Source: Mobula hypostoma (lineage: Eukaryota). Taken from it: a stretch of 64,000 bases of DNA. The notes below the pieces were generated by a model. That model was not told the origin of the DNA. It searched no databases and saw only the letters and a program-made list of their open reading frames with translations. The translations under genes were made by a program, and so were the position numbers. Below are positions 10,854 through 24,160 of this stretch, in pieces. How positions within the stretch are numbered: position 1 is the first letter of the stretch; every line of letters begins with the position of its first letter. Location of the stretch: assembly GCF_963921235.1 (NCBI RefSeq), contig NC_086097.1, positions 83,888,001 to 83,952,000 on the forward strand, read 5' to 3'.

Positions 10854-11983
10854 AAGAGTTACATCAGGAACTCACCACCAACATAAGCTCACTCAGGAGC
10901 AGGCTACAACCACTGTGTTTGAAAAGAAGTGAATTGCTAGTGCTGGAAGTGTTCAGCAAGTCAGGCAGCGCTAATGGTTGGAAGAGTCAGAGTTACTGTT
11001 ACATGTCAATGATCCTGTATGAGAATTGGAAATGAAAGTGGGGTAAAGTGGAGAGGATATTTACTCTTCCCCATCCCCCACTCTGCAATTTAAAATACAT
11101 TTGTTTTATTGCTTTTCCAGTTCCTGTGTAGATCATTCACATGGAGCATTACGCTCTGTTTCTCTCTCCACGGGTGCTGCCTGGCCTGCTAATTATTCAG
11201 GATTTGTTTTTATTGCACCCTCAATGTCGTATTCAATGTGGCTCTGAGCTTCTTATTCCCTATACTGTTCAGCATAAAACCTCCCCAGTACTTCAGCTCC
11301 ACCAGTGAAGCTGAACAACCCCCATTCCTCTGACTTTGTGAATACCTGCATTTGTTTAATACTTGCCAGCTGTGCTTTCATCTGCCAAAACCATAGGGTG
11401 GAATTTTCTCCAGAAAACCTTATTCCCGCTCCACCCCACCCCCCCCCCGCTTTCTTTAATAATCCCCTTAAAACCCCTGAATGTCAAACCTAAATAATTA
11501 GGGAATGCTATATGTTCCAATAAAGGTTTAATTCTGCAGGAATATCGTGTTCTCCATAACAACATGATTAATAAGGTAGAAAATAATGTCTAAACATATA
11601 GCCACATAATTTGCTTCTTCTCAAAGAAGCTGGCAGATGTAGTGAGCTAAATAGTCAGTTAATTATTTTTGATTTTTCATTGTGGAATGGTTAAGAAATT
11701 CTCGGTTACCTTGTGGGAAGATAATGTCCTTGAGGAGTTTTTAATGACTATTTGTATACCAGGTGAATAGTTGTTTTTACATCCAGTTTAGAAATTTACT
11801 GTGTGCAGGAATGCAGTACATAATTAGTGAACAAACGTTATATGACCAAGTCCTCAAATGGGTTTCAGTCGCAATCTTGTAGAGATGAGCCTTCACTTCT
11901 ACAGGAAGCTTGTGTAGAGAGATTTGATTTGTCCAAGTTACCACCTGCTAATCTTCAGCTGAAAATAAGGTTCAGCCAGTGTA

Positions 11984-12053
11984 AACTATAGCTGTAAAAT
12001 TCCACACATTGAACTTTAGCTGTCAAATTCCACACATTGAACTTTAGCTGTCA
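11984..12053 (+). repeat. 28-bp tandem repeat, about 2.5 copies
   Basis: The unit AACTTTAGCTGTCAAATTCCACACATTG starts at 11984, 12012 and (partial) 12040. Confidence 0.85.
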
Positions 12054-12124
12054 GAATGTGGATAGGTGCATGCTCTTAGACTCATAAGAGGCTTTGGTAC
12101 AATTGCTGTGGTTGATGATTTCAG

Positions 12125-12283
12125 AGCGAAGCAGAGTTTGGACGCATCATGAACATCGTTGACCCCAACAACATGGGTGTTGTAACATTCCAGGCCTTCC
12201 TGGACTTCATGTCTCGGGAGACCACAGACACGGACACCGCTGACCAGGTCATGGCCTCGTTTAAAGTTCTGGCTGGCGATAAG
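12125..12283 (+). CDS. actn1: Alpha-actinin-1 exon (EF-hand 2 to start of EF-hand 3)
   Basis: ttcag acceptor and AAG|gtgag donor; 159 nt. Encodes [53 protein letters not shown]. Confidence 0.96.
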
Positions 12284-12529
12284 GTGAGCTCTTCTACTAA
12301 GTACAAATACAACCTAAATTCCATTCATTCATTTGCTGCGGTCCATCCCCACACAATCAATATTTGTGCTGTTGGCCTGCGACACGAAGAGTGAGATTTC
12401 AGAAGAGGTTGTTAAAGTTTTTGCACTTGGCTTTGGAGCCATTCTACTGATGAAAATTGTTTAATTATACCATCTTCACCATCAATATGTGTGCAGGGCA
12501 TGATGGGTAGTAAAGGGCATGATGGGTAG

Positions 12530-12845
12530 TAAAGTGGCACAGCTAGTAGAAGTGCCACTCACAGCCCTGGAGATCTGAGTTCAATTCTTATCAAAGTTGC
12601 TCTAGGGGGAGGGGGTGTGAGTTTGCACATTCTTCCCATGAGTCTGTGGTTTCTCCCCATGCGCTGCAAGGACTTGAAGTTTGATAGTGATTGTCCAGAG
12701 TAAGTTGCTCATAGTGTGTGAGTGTGAGTGGTAGAATTGTGGGGGAAGATTTGAAAAGATGTGGATAAGGATCAGTGTAAATGAGTGGTTCATGGTCAAC
12801 ATGGATTCATTGGGCTGAAGAGCCTGTTTCCATGCTGTGACTTGA
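12530..12845 (+). mobile_element. HE1-like V-SINE with CR1-derived tail
   Basis: A box TGGCACAGCTAG, B box GAGTTCAATTC, V-domain-like GAGTTTGCACATTCTTCCC, tail GGGCTGAAGAGCCTGTTTCCATGCTG. Confidence 0.65.
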
Positions 12846-12904
12846 GTTGAATACGGGCAAGCATACAAAAGCTAGAGTTTTCCCAGCCAGTCAGTATATC
12901 TAGC

Positions 12905-13925
12905 GGATATGTAAAGGCAAGGCTGGTGAATCATGTAATGCTTGTCAAGGAGTGGGTATAAAGGGATCCTTTTTGGATTGGCTGGCAGTGACTGGTGCTG
13001 TCTTGCAGGGGTCTGTGTTGGGACCTTTTCTTTTTACGGTGTTTCTCAATGATTTGGATAATGAAACTGATGGGTTTGTGGATGACACAAAGGTAGGCGG
13101 AGGGGGCGGGTAGCGTTGAGGACGCAGAGAGGCTGCAGGGGACTTAGATTAGGAGAATGGGCAAAGAGGTGACACACGGATAAAGTGTGTGGTCGTGCAG
13201 TTTGGTAGAACGAATAAAAGCATATTTTCTTAACAGATAGAAAATTCAAATATTCGAGATGGCAAAGTGATTTGGGAGTCTTCGTGCAAGATTTCCTAAA
13301 AGTTAATTTGCAGGTCAAATCAGCGGTGAGGAAGGCGAATGCAATATTAACAATTATTTCAAGTGAACTAGTATATAAGAGCAAGGATGTAATGCTGAGG
13401 CTGTATAAGGCAATGGCCTCACTTGGAGTATTGTGAGCAGTTTTGGGCCCCTTATTTAAGAAAGGATGTGCTGATGTTAGAGAGTGTTCAGAGGAGGCTC
13501 ACTAGAATGATTCTTAGAATGAAAGGGTTATCATACGAGCAGCAATTGAAGGTTCTGGGCCTGTACCCGCAGGAATTTAGAAAATGAGGGAGGATCTCAT
13601 TGAAACCTATCGACTGGTGAAGGTGCTAGATGTGAAGTGTTTCCTTCGGTGGGAGAGTCTAGAACCAGAGGACACAGCCTCAGAATAGAGGGACTACTTT
13701 TACAACAGAGATGAGGAATTTCTTTAGCCAGAGAGTAGTGTATGAGTGGAATTCGTTGCCACAGGTGACTGTGGAGGCCAGGTTACTACGTGCATTTAAG
13801 GCAGAGGTTGATGGTTCTTATTAGTCAGGGCGTGAAAGGTTACGGGGAGAAGGCAGGATTGAGAGGGAAATGGATCAGCCATGGTGAAATGGTGGAGCAG
13901 ACTCGATGAACCAAATTTACTGAAG
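12905..13925 (+). mobile_element. CR1-like LINE, decayed RT C-terminus and 3' end
   Basis: Remnant QGSVLGP, DDTK, LEYCEQFWAP and RVV..WNSLP motifs with frameshifts. Confidence 0.8.
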
Positions 13926-14009
13926 CCCATTTACCATTTCTGTAATTTACAGTCTGAAGTAATTCCTTTTTCAGGCAGTAAAATGTGTGATTAATTTTGA
14001 AAGAAAATT

Positions 14010-16000
14010 TAGAGTTGAATAGCACAGAAACATGGCCCTCAGTTCACCCTGTACACGCCAGCCTTCTTTTGCATCAACATCAAGCCTGTTTGCCCACATT
14101 ACTTCAATGCATTACCTATTTATATTTATATTTAAGATACATTTAGACAGAGACGTAGCATGTCTGATGCCAACAGCCTCTCCAACTATCAGCCAGCTCT
14201 GCATTACAAAAAGGCTTACTCCTGAAGTCCCCTAAAATACTCCTTTCTTTCACCTTATTCTCTGTTCCCTTGCTTACCTCTACTACAGGACAAAAATTTT
14301 GACAATCTAATCAATCTAGGCCTCTCATAATCTTGAATACTTTCATCGGTTGTCAGTCAGCCTCCTTCACTCCGAGATAAACAACTGATCCAATCTCTCC
14401 CGATCGTTAAAGTCCTCCGATCCAGACAAGATCTTCACCAATTCTTACCACTCTCTTCAGCACAATCACATCTGTCTTATAGTATGGTGACCAGAACTGC
14501 ATTTCAAATGCAGCCTTACTACTTAATAGTAACATCTTATTCCTAGCCCTGAACCTAGGAAGACAAGCCATATGCCTTCTTCACCTGCATTACCATTTCT
14601 GGGAGCTGAGGACTTGGACTCCCTTGGTCTCTCTGTTCCTCAACATTTCTTAGAAGTTTGCCATTTACTGTATGTGTCCCACTCCTGTTTGACTTTCCAA
14701 ATTGCATTACCTTACACTAGTAGTTAGAATTTAATCCTGACCAATGTTCCTTCCAACTGATCTACGCTCAGCGACAACTTTTTTAGGTACATCTGAACAC
14801 CTCATTAACGTAAACATCTAATCAGCCAAGCATGTAGCAGCAACTCAATGCATAAGAGCATGCAGACTTGGTCAAGAGATCCAGTTGTTCAGACCAAATA
14901 TCAGAAAGGGGAAGAAATGTGATCTAAATGACCTTGACTGTGAAATGATTGTTGATGCCAGAAGGGGTGGTTTGAGCACCACAGAAACTGCTGGTCTCCT
15001 GGGATTTTCATGCACGGCGGTCTAGAGAGTTTATAGAGAGCGGTGGCTCTGGGTGAAAATACCTTGTTAATGAGAGAGGTCAGAGGAGACCGGCCAGATT
15101 GATTCAAACAGACAGGAAAGCAACAGTACTCAAATAACCACACGTTACAACAGTGGTGTGCAGAAGATCAACTCTAAATGCACAGCATGTTGAGTCTTGA
15201 AGTGGATAGCCTACAGCAGTAGAAGACCACAAATGTACACTGAGTATATATCCTGCTGTAGCCTTGGACATCCTCAATACTGACAATTTTTATGTCATCT
15301 GCAACTTTCTAAACATACCTCCTACATTCATAACCAAGTTGTTAATAATATATATCACAGACTGTAAAGCTCCCAGCACCAACTCCTGTGGTGAACCACT
15401 ATTCACAGACTTGGAAAAAATTTTCCACTTCACCTTCTATCACCAGGCTACTTTTGGATCCAATTAGCTTGCTCACCTTGTATCCCACATGCTCTAACTT
15501 TCTGGATCAATCTGCTATGTGGGACCTTGTCAAATGCCTCACTTAATATCCACCATGCTGCCTTTATCAATTTCTTTGGAGACCTCAAAAAAAATCTTAT
15601 CTGGCCCTGGGAATTTATTCACCCTTATACATTTCAATAGGTACCTCTTAATATCCACATGAACCAAATATTCATTGTATTCCTCCATGAATTCACTATA
15701 CAATGGATTATTTTTTCCTGACTGAATACAGAGGAGAGGTATTAATTAAGGACTATGGCCACATCCCCTGGCATCACACATAGGAACCCTTTTGGTTCCT
15801 CAAAGGACTCACACTTTCCCTGACCAATCTCATGCTCTAAATATGCTTACAAAATGATGTAGATTTTCACTTGTCTTACTGCCAAGGAGTTTTCATTACC
15901 TCCTTTTTCACTTCCTAATTTCTTTCTTAAGTACTTCCTACATACTTCATTGTCCTCAAGAAACCAGTTTGATTGTGCTTGCCAATACCTATTATATGCA
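14010..16000 (-). mobile_element. Old CR1-like fragments interrupted by a Tc1-like element
   Basis: Reverse-strand similarity to the other CR1 copies (for example ACCTTGTCAAATGCC, the AFDKV motif). Confidence 0.55.
14763..15248. mobile_element. Non-autonomous Tc1-like DNA element
   Basis: Termini TA-CGCTCAG...CTGAGTA-TA. A related TIR, TACACTCAGTGGCCACTTTATTAGGTACA, lies at ~49312-49340. Confidence 0.55.
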
Positions 16001-17220
16001 TCCTTCTTTTCGCCAATCAAACCTTCAATAACTAGAATTGGAATTGGTCTATTGTTGTCACATGTAGTGAGATACAGTGAAAGGCTTGCTTGCATACTGT
16101 TCATACAAATCATTATACAGTGCATTGAACTAGAACAAGGTAAAACAATATCAATGTAGAAGAAATTATGACAGCTGCAGATAAAGTGCAATGCAGGTAG
16201 ACAGAAACGTGCAAGATCATAACGAGATACATTGTGAGGTACAAGAGCTCCATCTTATCTTATGAAGGAACCATTCAATAGTCAGCAGGATAAAAGCTAT
16301 CCTTGAACCTGCTGGTATGCTTTTGTATCAGGCTTTTGTATCTTCTGTCCAATGGGAGAGGTAAGTAGAAAAGGTGCCTGGGGTAGATGGAGTCTTTGAT
16401 TATGCTGGCTATTCTACTGAAGCAGTGAGAGGTTTAGACAGAGTCCAAAGAGGGGAAACTGGTTTCTGTGATGTGCTGAGCCAACTAAGTTTCCCTAATC
16501 TTGCCCTCTTTTCCATTCACCCTTACTGGAACATTGTCATAGTAATAAAAAACTACAGCACAGAATCAGTCCATTCAGCCTATCTAGTCCATGCTGGACC
16601 ATTTAAACTGCTTAGTCCCATGGTCCTGCAACCAGACCATAGCCCTTCATACCACTACCATCCATGTACCTATCCAAGCTTCTCTTAAACATTAAACTTG
16701 AAATCACATTCACCATTTGTGCTGGCAGCCCATTCCACACACTCACCACCCTCTGAGTGAAGAAGTTCCCCCTCATGTTCCTCTTAAACATCTCACCTTT
16801 CACCCTTAACCCATGACCTGTAGTTGTAGTCTCACCAACCTCAGGGGAAAAAGCCTGCTTGCATTTACCCTATCTATACCCTCATGATTTTGTATATCTC
16901 TATCAAATCTTCCCTCAGTCTTCTACCTTCTAGGGAATAAAGTTGTAACCTATTCAATATTTCCTTATAACTCAGGTCATCCAGTCCTGGCAACATCCTT
17001 GTAAATTTTCTCTGTACTCTTTCAATCTTATTGACATTTTTCCTGCAAGTCAATGACCAAAACTACACATAGTACTCCAAATTAGGCCTCACCAATGTCT
17101 TATACAACTTCAACATAACATCCCAACTCCTGTACTCAATACTTTGATTTATGAAGGGCAATGTACCAAAAGCTTTCTTTACGACCCTATCTACCTGTGA
17201 CACCATTTTCAATGAATTAT

Positions 17221-17629
17221 TAGATTAGATTAGGTTCAACTTTATTGGCATTGTGCCGAGTACAGATACAAAGCCAATGAAATGCATTTAGCATCTGACC
17301 AGAAATGCAAAGAATAGTGTTATTTACAAAATAACTGTGAATAAAAAAAAGTGCTACAGCACACAAATATAAAAGTACTTGAGACAGTACAATACAGATG
17401 CAATACTGCTTAGCGGTGTGATGTGAGGTTCAGCAGTGTCACAGCCTCAGGGAAGAAGCTCTTCCTGTGCCTACTGGATGGAAGGACAGTAAAAAAATCC
17501 ATGGTTAGGGTGAGATGCATCCTTGATAATGCTTTTCACCCTGCCCTGGCAGCGTTTATGGTAGATGTTCTCAATGGTGGGCAATTGGGTGCAGATAATC
17601 CACTGGGCAGTTTTCACCACACGCTGGAG
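17221..17629 (-). mobile_element. 5'-truncated Rex1/Babar-like LINE tail nested in CR1
   Basis: 8-bp TSD TGAATTAT at 17213-17220 and 17630-17637; (TCTAA)n tail and AATAAA on the minus strand. Confidence 0.75.
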
Positions 17630-18380
17630 TGAATTATGGATCTATATTCCAAGATTCCTTTGTCCTACCACACTCCTCAGTGCCCTACTGTTTTCAGTGT
17701 AAGACCTACCCTGGTTAGTCTCCCAAAATGCAGCACCTCACACTTGTCTACATTAAATATCATCTGCCATTTTTCAGCCCATTTTTCCAGCTGGTCCAGA
17801 TTCCACTGTAAGCTTTGATAGCCTTCGTCTCCATCCTCTACACCCCAAATCTTGGTGTCATCTTCAAATTTGCTGGTCCAGTTAACCACATTATCATCCA
17901 GATTATTGATACAGACGACAAACAACAACAGACCAAGCACCAATCCCTGCAGCACTCTACTAGTCACAGGCCTCCAGTCAGAGAGGCAACCACCTACTAC
18001 CACTCTCTGACATCTCCTGCAAAGTCAATGTCTAATCCAATTTACTAGCTCATCTTGAATGCCAAGTGACTGAACCTTTTTGACCAGTCTCCCATTTTGG
18101 ACCTTGTCAAATGCCTTGCTGAAGCCCATGAAGACAACATCCAGTGCCTTGCTATCATCAACTCTCCTTGTGGCTCCCTTGAAAAACTCTATACGATCGG
18201 TTAGACACGACCTACCACACACAAAGGCACGCTGACTATCCTTCATCAGTCCTTGTCTATCTAAATACTCACATATCCGGTCCCCTAAAATACCTTCCAA
18301 TAACTTTCCCACTAGTAAGGCCAGCCCTCCCACTCTATCATCTCTAGATAGTGAATATTGAGCTGCCAGTCCTGCCCCTC

Positions 18381-18645
18381 GGCTGGGTCGGCTGGTGGCG
18401 CAGTGAGATCAGCGCCGGGCTCAAGAAAGGAGGTTCCCGAGTTCGATCCAGTGACAGACCGCTCCCGAGCGCACTCTCCGTCCGCGCTGGGTTGATGTCG
18501 AGCTCGCAACTCGGCCTCGTAAAATAATACTGTGAAATGTCTATGCGAGGAGTGGCGCCCCTCACAGCCTTTCGAACTGCTCCTTGTAAGGCATGAAAAT
18601 GCCAGACACTGGCCTCTCAGGTCTGAGTCGACGTCATCATCATCA
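18381..18645 (+). mobile_element. Young tRNA-derived SINE nested in CR1
   Basis: 10-bp TSD CCTGCCCCTC at 18371-18380 and 18646-18655. A box TGGCGCAGTGAG (18396), B box GAGTTCGATCC (18439), (TCA)n tail, CpG-rich. Confidence 0.9.
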
Positions 18646-19655
18646 CCTGCCCCTCCTGCAACAAAGTCTCACTAATGGCTACAATATCATAATTCCATGT
18701 GTTGATTCATGCCCTGAGCTCATCTGCCTTTCCTACAATATCTTTTGCACTGAAAGATACACAACTCAGAACATTAGCCCCCGCCATGCTCAACCTTTGG
18801 ATTCCTGACTTTGTCTGAGGTCTTAACAACTTCTGTCTCCACAATCTCACCACGATTAGTTCTGGCACTCTGGTTCCCATTCCCCTGAAACTCTAGCTTA
18901 AACGCCTCTGGACAAACTTTCCCACTAGGATATTAGTCCCCCTTCAGTTTAGGTGCAAACTCTCTCTTTTGTACGGGTCCCACCTTCCTCAGAAGAGAGC
19001 CCAATGATCCAAACATCTAAAGCTCTCCCTCCTACACCAACTCCTTAGCCATGTATTAAACTGTATGATCTTTCTATTTCTGGCCTCACTAGCATGTGGC
19101 ACAGGTAACAATCCTGAGGTTACAGCCCTGGAGATCCTGCCCTTTAACTTAGCACCTAACTCCCTGAAATCACTTTGCAGAAACTTTTCCCTCTTCCTCC
19201 TTATGTCATTGGTACCTGTACGGACCAGGACCACTGGCTGTTCACTTAGGAATGCTGAGGAGCCAAACTGAGATGTTCTAGACTCTGACACCTGGGAGGC
19301 AACATACCAACCTGGAATCTCGTTCTCATGCATAGAACCTCTTTTCCGTTCCCCGCTCTAATGAATTCCCTATTACCAAAGCTTGCTTCTTCTCCCCCCT
19401 TCCCCTCTGAGCCACAGAGCCAGACTCAGTGCCATGGTGGCCCCGAATCCTTACTTTTAAAAGTAAATCTTTCAAAAGACTTCCGCTTATCAGCTGCCAT
19501 TTTACCCACAAGCATCTTTACCCAGTCCAATTTCACCAAGTCCACTCTTGCAGTACTGAAATCAGCCTACCCCTAGTTAATGACCTTATCCTGAGGGCCA
19601 ACTTTATTCCTTTCTGCACAATTTTGACGTTGGAGCTTTGCAATTATTTTGCTAA

Positions 19656-19895
<240 letters not shown>

Positions 19896-22715
19896 CTCTG
19901 CATCTTTTGTATGCAAAACCTGTGTCTGCTCACCTCTATTTGGCTTTAAACTAAAGAAATTGCGGAGTGTCTGCTTGAGCTGGCAAGTGCAGTTTACAGA
20001 AGAAATATTTTTTTCTTCAGGCAACTTCAAAACATATTTTATTATAGAAATAGGTATTTTTCTCAAAACGTTCCAAAAAAAAATCAAAATGCACCATTTA
20101 CTTTTGTTGTGATATCTGTAGTTAAGCACAATGTTGCATTTCTTGATTTTCTACTAATGTACACATTTTATGTATATGAAAGCTGGTCACATTGTAACTC
20201 ACTGTTGCACAAAATTGAGCAAGTTCACTCATAACACCATATAATAAAGGATTTATTTTATAAATATGTTAAGTATTTTCAGACTTTTTTTTAAAAAAGA
20301 ACATCCCTGCCTTTTATGTGATGGGTGCCATTGCTTTGATATTTAATTTAAAATAAGCTGCCACAGTTACAATATGCACATTGGATGTGTCTTTCCAAAT
20401 GTGGTTCAAGTACTCACATCAAAAATGGCAGCAATAAGATTGCAGTAGTGGCTTTCAAACCATTTCTTTCCACTGTGGTTTGAAGAGTTTTTCCGAATGT
20501 CAGGTATATCCGGTTGGCAGCCCACGTGCTCTAACAGCTATCCAGCATCACAGCTATCCACACTTACTGAAGGGCCAAACGCTGCAGATACAGAAAATTA
20601 AACAAATAAAATTAGAAACTGCTGAAAATACTCAGCAGGTTGGGTGACAAGCATGAGGAGAGGAATATATTTTTTTCAGGTTGATGACGTTTCATCATAA
20701 CGGGGAACAGTTAGGAAATGAAGAGATTTTAAGTTGCAAAGGAGAAGAACGGAGAGAACAATGGACTTCCTGTGATAGGGTGAGGTGAGGAGAAACTGAA
20801 TGATTCAGACAGAATTTGTGCTGACTGAGAGAGCGTAGCGAGGATTCTTTTAATTGCAAGTGATTTATACAGAGAATGTGTAAATAGGGAGGTGAATAGG
20901 AATAGAGAAGTGGGGGAAGGGGGAATGAACCCAGTCTTATTCGCCTTATGGTCTTCTTTGACCTTTGCAGGCCCTAAATATCTACAGCTGTGACTTCCTT
21001 GATGAATAAATTTTAAATGAAGGCATGAAGGTGTATTAATAAAAAATAGGGATACAAACTCAATGAATCAATTAAAGGGATACAGATTTACAGAGGATTA
21101 GGAAGAGGCCTCTGAAGGCTGTGTGTCCAACCATGCAGTGGCTGACCTGTAATGCATCTTAACCCTGTCTTTCCCCTTAAATGAAAAATTAGCAAAAATT
21201 AAATCAAAAATCCTCTTATTCTATAAATCAAAACTTATTGGAATTCAGATCCAAAATCACCAGTTGGCTGTGCCTCAGATGCCCATTGCTGAAGAGAATT
21301 ACAAGCTGCTGCAAATCTCCTGCATTCAGAAGCATTTCCTACTATATCTCAATGCCCTTTGAGACTCGAGTAGTGGAAATATTTCATTTTCTTTATTAAT
21401 CCAAGTCAATTCATCTTAATATATGTTAAGTAGACATATGCTACCTCCTCCATTACTCCATCCCCTAAATTTACATGGTTTCCCTGTGTGTGGTCTACAG
21501 AAACTCAAAGCATCAAGTGATTGAGGATTCAGTGGTGTTGATAAATGAGGGGAAGAGGAAGTTAATGTTTTATTTGAATATGAAGCACAAGTCCATTCAT
21601 TACTTTTTACATGTCTGTTAGCATTGTATTCAAAGAACAAACATTCCCAAATTTGCAAGTGTTCCTTCTGATAAGAAGACAGGCTCTGCGTTCTTTTTCT
21701 TCCCTATCTCTCGAAACATTTTTTCACCTAAAGCACTAGTCTGTTTATTCCCAGTTATTTCTTTAATTCAGACTTCCGATATTTAAACAAGGGTATTTTT
21801 AATTAAAAATATGTCCAAAATGGATGTTGCTTTAGAAATGATTTCTATTCTGGAGATGAAAAAAATCTGTAACAAATGTGATGTTTTAAAATTCATTGAG
21901 GACAAACAAATTATAACTGAGTTTCCATCTAGATTACCAGAACCATAGTAAAGTAGAAGGGGGAAATGTTTAGCAGAATCAGCGATATTCACCTGTGCTG
22001 TGTCACAACTACGAAAATTTAAAAGCAATTATTAGTATAGCTATTCTTTGATTCATGAAAAGGAAAATGTTTTAAATGGGAATTTCAAAAATGCTGGGTA
22101 AAATGCTTTAAGGTATAATGTGTTGCAATGTACAAAATAGTAGATTACTCATACAGTGAAAATTATTTGTAATCGAAAACACACCTCAAAGAGTCAACAG
22201 TGTTACAGTAGAAATTTTTAAGTCAAATGTTTGCAAATTGAAGAATCACTATAACGCAACTGGACAATCATCTAAAATAGTATTGATTCAGCCTGGGAGA
22301 ATAATCCACTCAGCAATAAGCTTGAATGGGCTCCACTCAAATTTGGTGTTTCTCTTGCCTTCAAATAGCAAATGATGTCACCAACCAAACCGGATGTGTG
22401 ATTCAAACACGTTTACAGCTAAGTGCAGATTAACACATGACCATTTTATGCCATGTACTGTTAACTCGCTGGTCACAAGTAAACCCTTTTCCTGGCAAAT
22501 TTTAAAAAGTAGCTTTAAATTTTAATCTAAAGTACATTTTATATTTTAGAAGGTCAAATAAGTTAAAAATTACTGTCAAATTGCATTTATTTTCACCTTG
22601 AAAGAAAATGTGGAAATTTTTCACTGTGGCTTTTATGCATAAAATACCTATTTGTATTGGTACCTGGTTCTTAAAACTTACAAATAAAGATATTGTATTT
22701 GCAAATAATCTGTGT
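19896..22715 (+). other. Probable actn1 3'UTR (extent uncertain)
   Basis: AT-rich, transposon-poor region after the stop codon. AATAAA hexamers include 20243, 20605, 21005 and 22683. Confidence 0.5.
22683..22688 (+). terminator. Candidate distal polyadenylation signal
   Basis: AATAAA with upstream TGTA and U-rich sequence and a downstream GT-rich tract. Transposon-dense DNA resumes shortly after. Confidence 0.45.
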
Positions 22716-23329
22716 ATAGTATGTTAAATAGTAGCTTTATGAAAATGCAGGGCTGGTTGTACATTATCAATTGTTCCACTGTGCAAATATAGTGGTTTGC
22801 AAACACAAGCATTCTGCAGATACTGGAAATTCCAGAGCGACAAAAGTGATTTGCAAGTGCACCAATCCTTTGTGATTACTGGCACAATCTTACTGGCCCA
22901 CTCCCTGATGATCATCTACTAACCCCACCTCCAACACAAAGACTATGCTCATAATCAATATTATTGGCACACTTCCAGACTCCCTGACAATGCTCGCCTA
23001 GCACAAGGATTAACAGGCTTCAGTACCCACTTCCTCTACCAAACACATGTTCCAACAGCCCACAAATTCTAAAGCCATACTGGCCCTCCAAAACTTTTAC
23101 CAGCAGTTATATTGATGGACGACAAATATTGGTATGCATGCAAGTGTGTTCATTAATTTCCAAAAAGTGTCATTGACCAAATGGAATCTGTTATTACTGA
23201 TTATCTTTCAAATTAATATGTAGCTATAGAAAAAAATCTTGATAATAAATTAACATATGGAAATTTTGTGGTGATGAGTTTTGTTCTGACAACAAAACTT
23301 TGTTTTTACACTTTCAGTGTTGCTTAAGG

Positions 23330-24160
23330 TCATTTCCAGTACATAAGTATAAAGGAGAATGAAATAATTGTTACTCCAGATCCAATGCAGCAAAAAAAAC
23401 CGCTAAGATAAAGAACAAAACAATAATAAAAACAAATGAAGTGGAGATGAATAAGATAGCTTATATACGTAGATAGATTGTGTATGAATAAAGTGACACT
23501 AGGTACAGGAGTGTCCATACATAAGGTAACTCTGACAGGAAATAATAAAGTAGTGGTAGTGGGGTGGGTTAGTAGGTGGAGGAGTTGATCAGCATTGTTT
23601 GGGGAAGGAAACTGTTTCTGAATCTGGTGGTCCTGGTGTGGATACTATGTAGCCTCCTCCCTGATGGGAGTGAGACAAACAGTCCATGAGGGATCCTTCA
23701 TGATATTGCTGGCCTCTTATCGGCACCTTTCTGTGTACATGTCCTCGATGGCAGATAGGTGCTGGTGATGCACTGGGCAGGTTTGACTATGTTTTGTAGA
23801 GACTTCCTGGTACAGTCGCCATACCATGCAGGATGCTCTCTGCTGCACACCTGTAAAAGGTCATGGGTATTGATGTGCGTAGTGCAGCTCTCTTCAACCT
23901 CCTCAGAAAGTAGAGGCATTGGTGAGCTTTCCTGATTGTGTTGGATGAGTTCTTGGGACTATGAGAGGTTGTACTAGGCCTGCACTCCCAGGAGTCTGAA
24001 ACTGCTTGCAGTTTCCAGTGCTGTGCCACTGATGTAAAGAGGGATGTAAGAGGTTTGGGTTCTCCTGTAATGATAACCATCTCCATTGTCTTGTTGACAT
24101 TGAGGAAGATGTTTCTTGTCTAGCACTAGGTCTTGAACTCTTCCACCTCCTCTCTGTGCC
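23330..24160 (-). mobile_element. Rex1/Babar-like LINE 3' fragment
   Basis: KAHQCLYFLRRLKRA..FYRCAAESIL, a C-terminal RT-associated motif. Confidence 0.75.

Larger units (their letters stand above)
16545..19430 (-). mobile_element. CR1 LINE (ORF1 esterase-like domain, RT and 3' end), internally deleted, with two nested insertions
   Basis: ORF1 SGNH/esterase-like GTND..SGLLPVP..NTWLRSWC at 18989-19333. RT motifs FSKAFDKV, QGLVLG and KFEDDTK at 17677-18333. Confidence 0.88.

Noticed and set aside
12496..12534. 19-bp tandem duplication GGGCATGATGGGTAGTAAA
   Set aside because: A simple local duplication at a SINE boundary with no sign of function.
18381..18455. tRNA gene
   Set aside because: A and B boxes are present, but I saw no convincing cloverleaf. 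It is the head of a TSD-flanked SINE.
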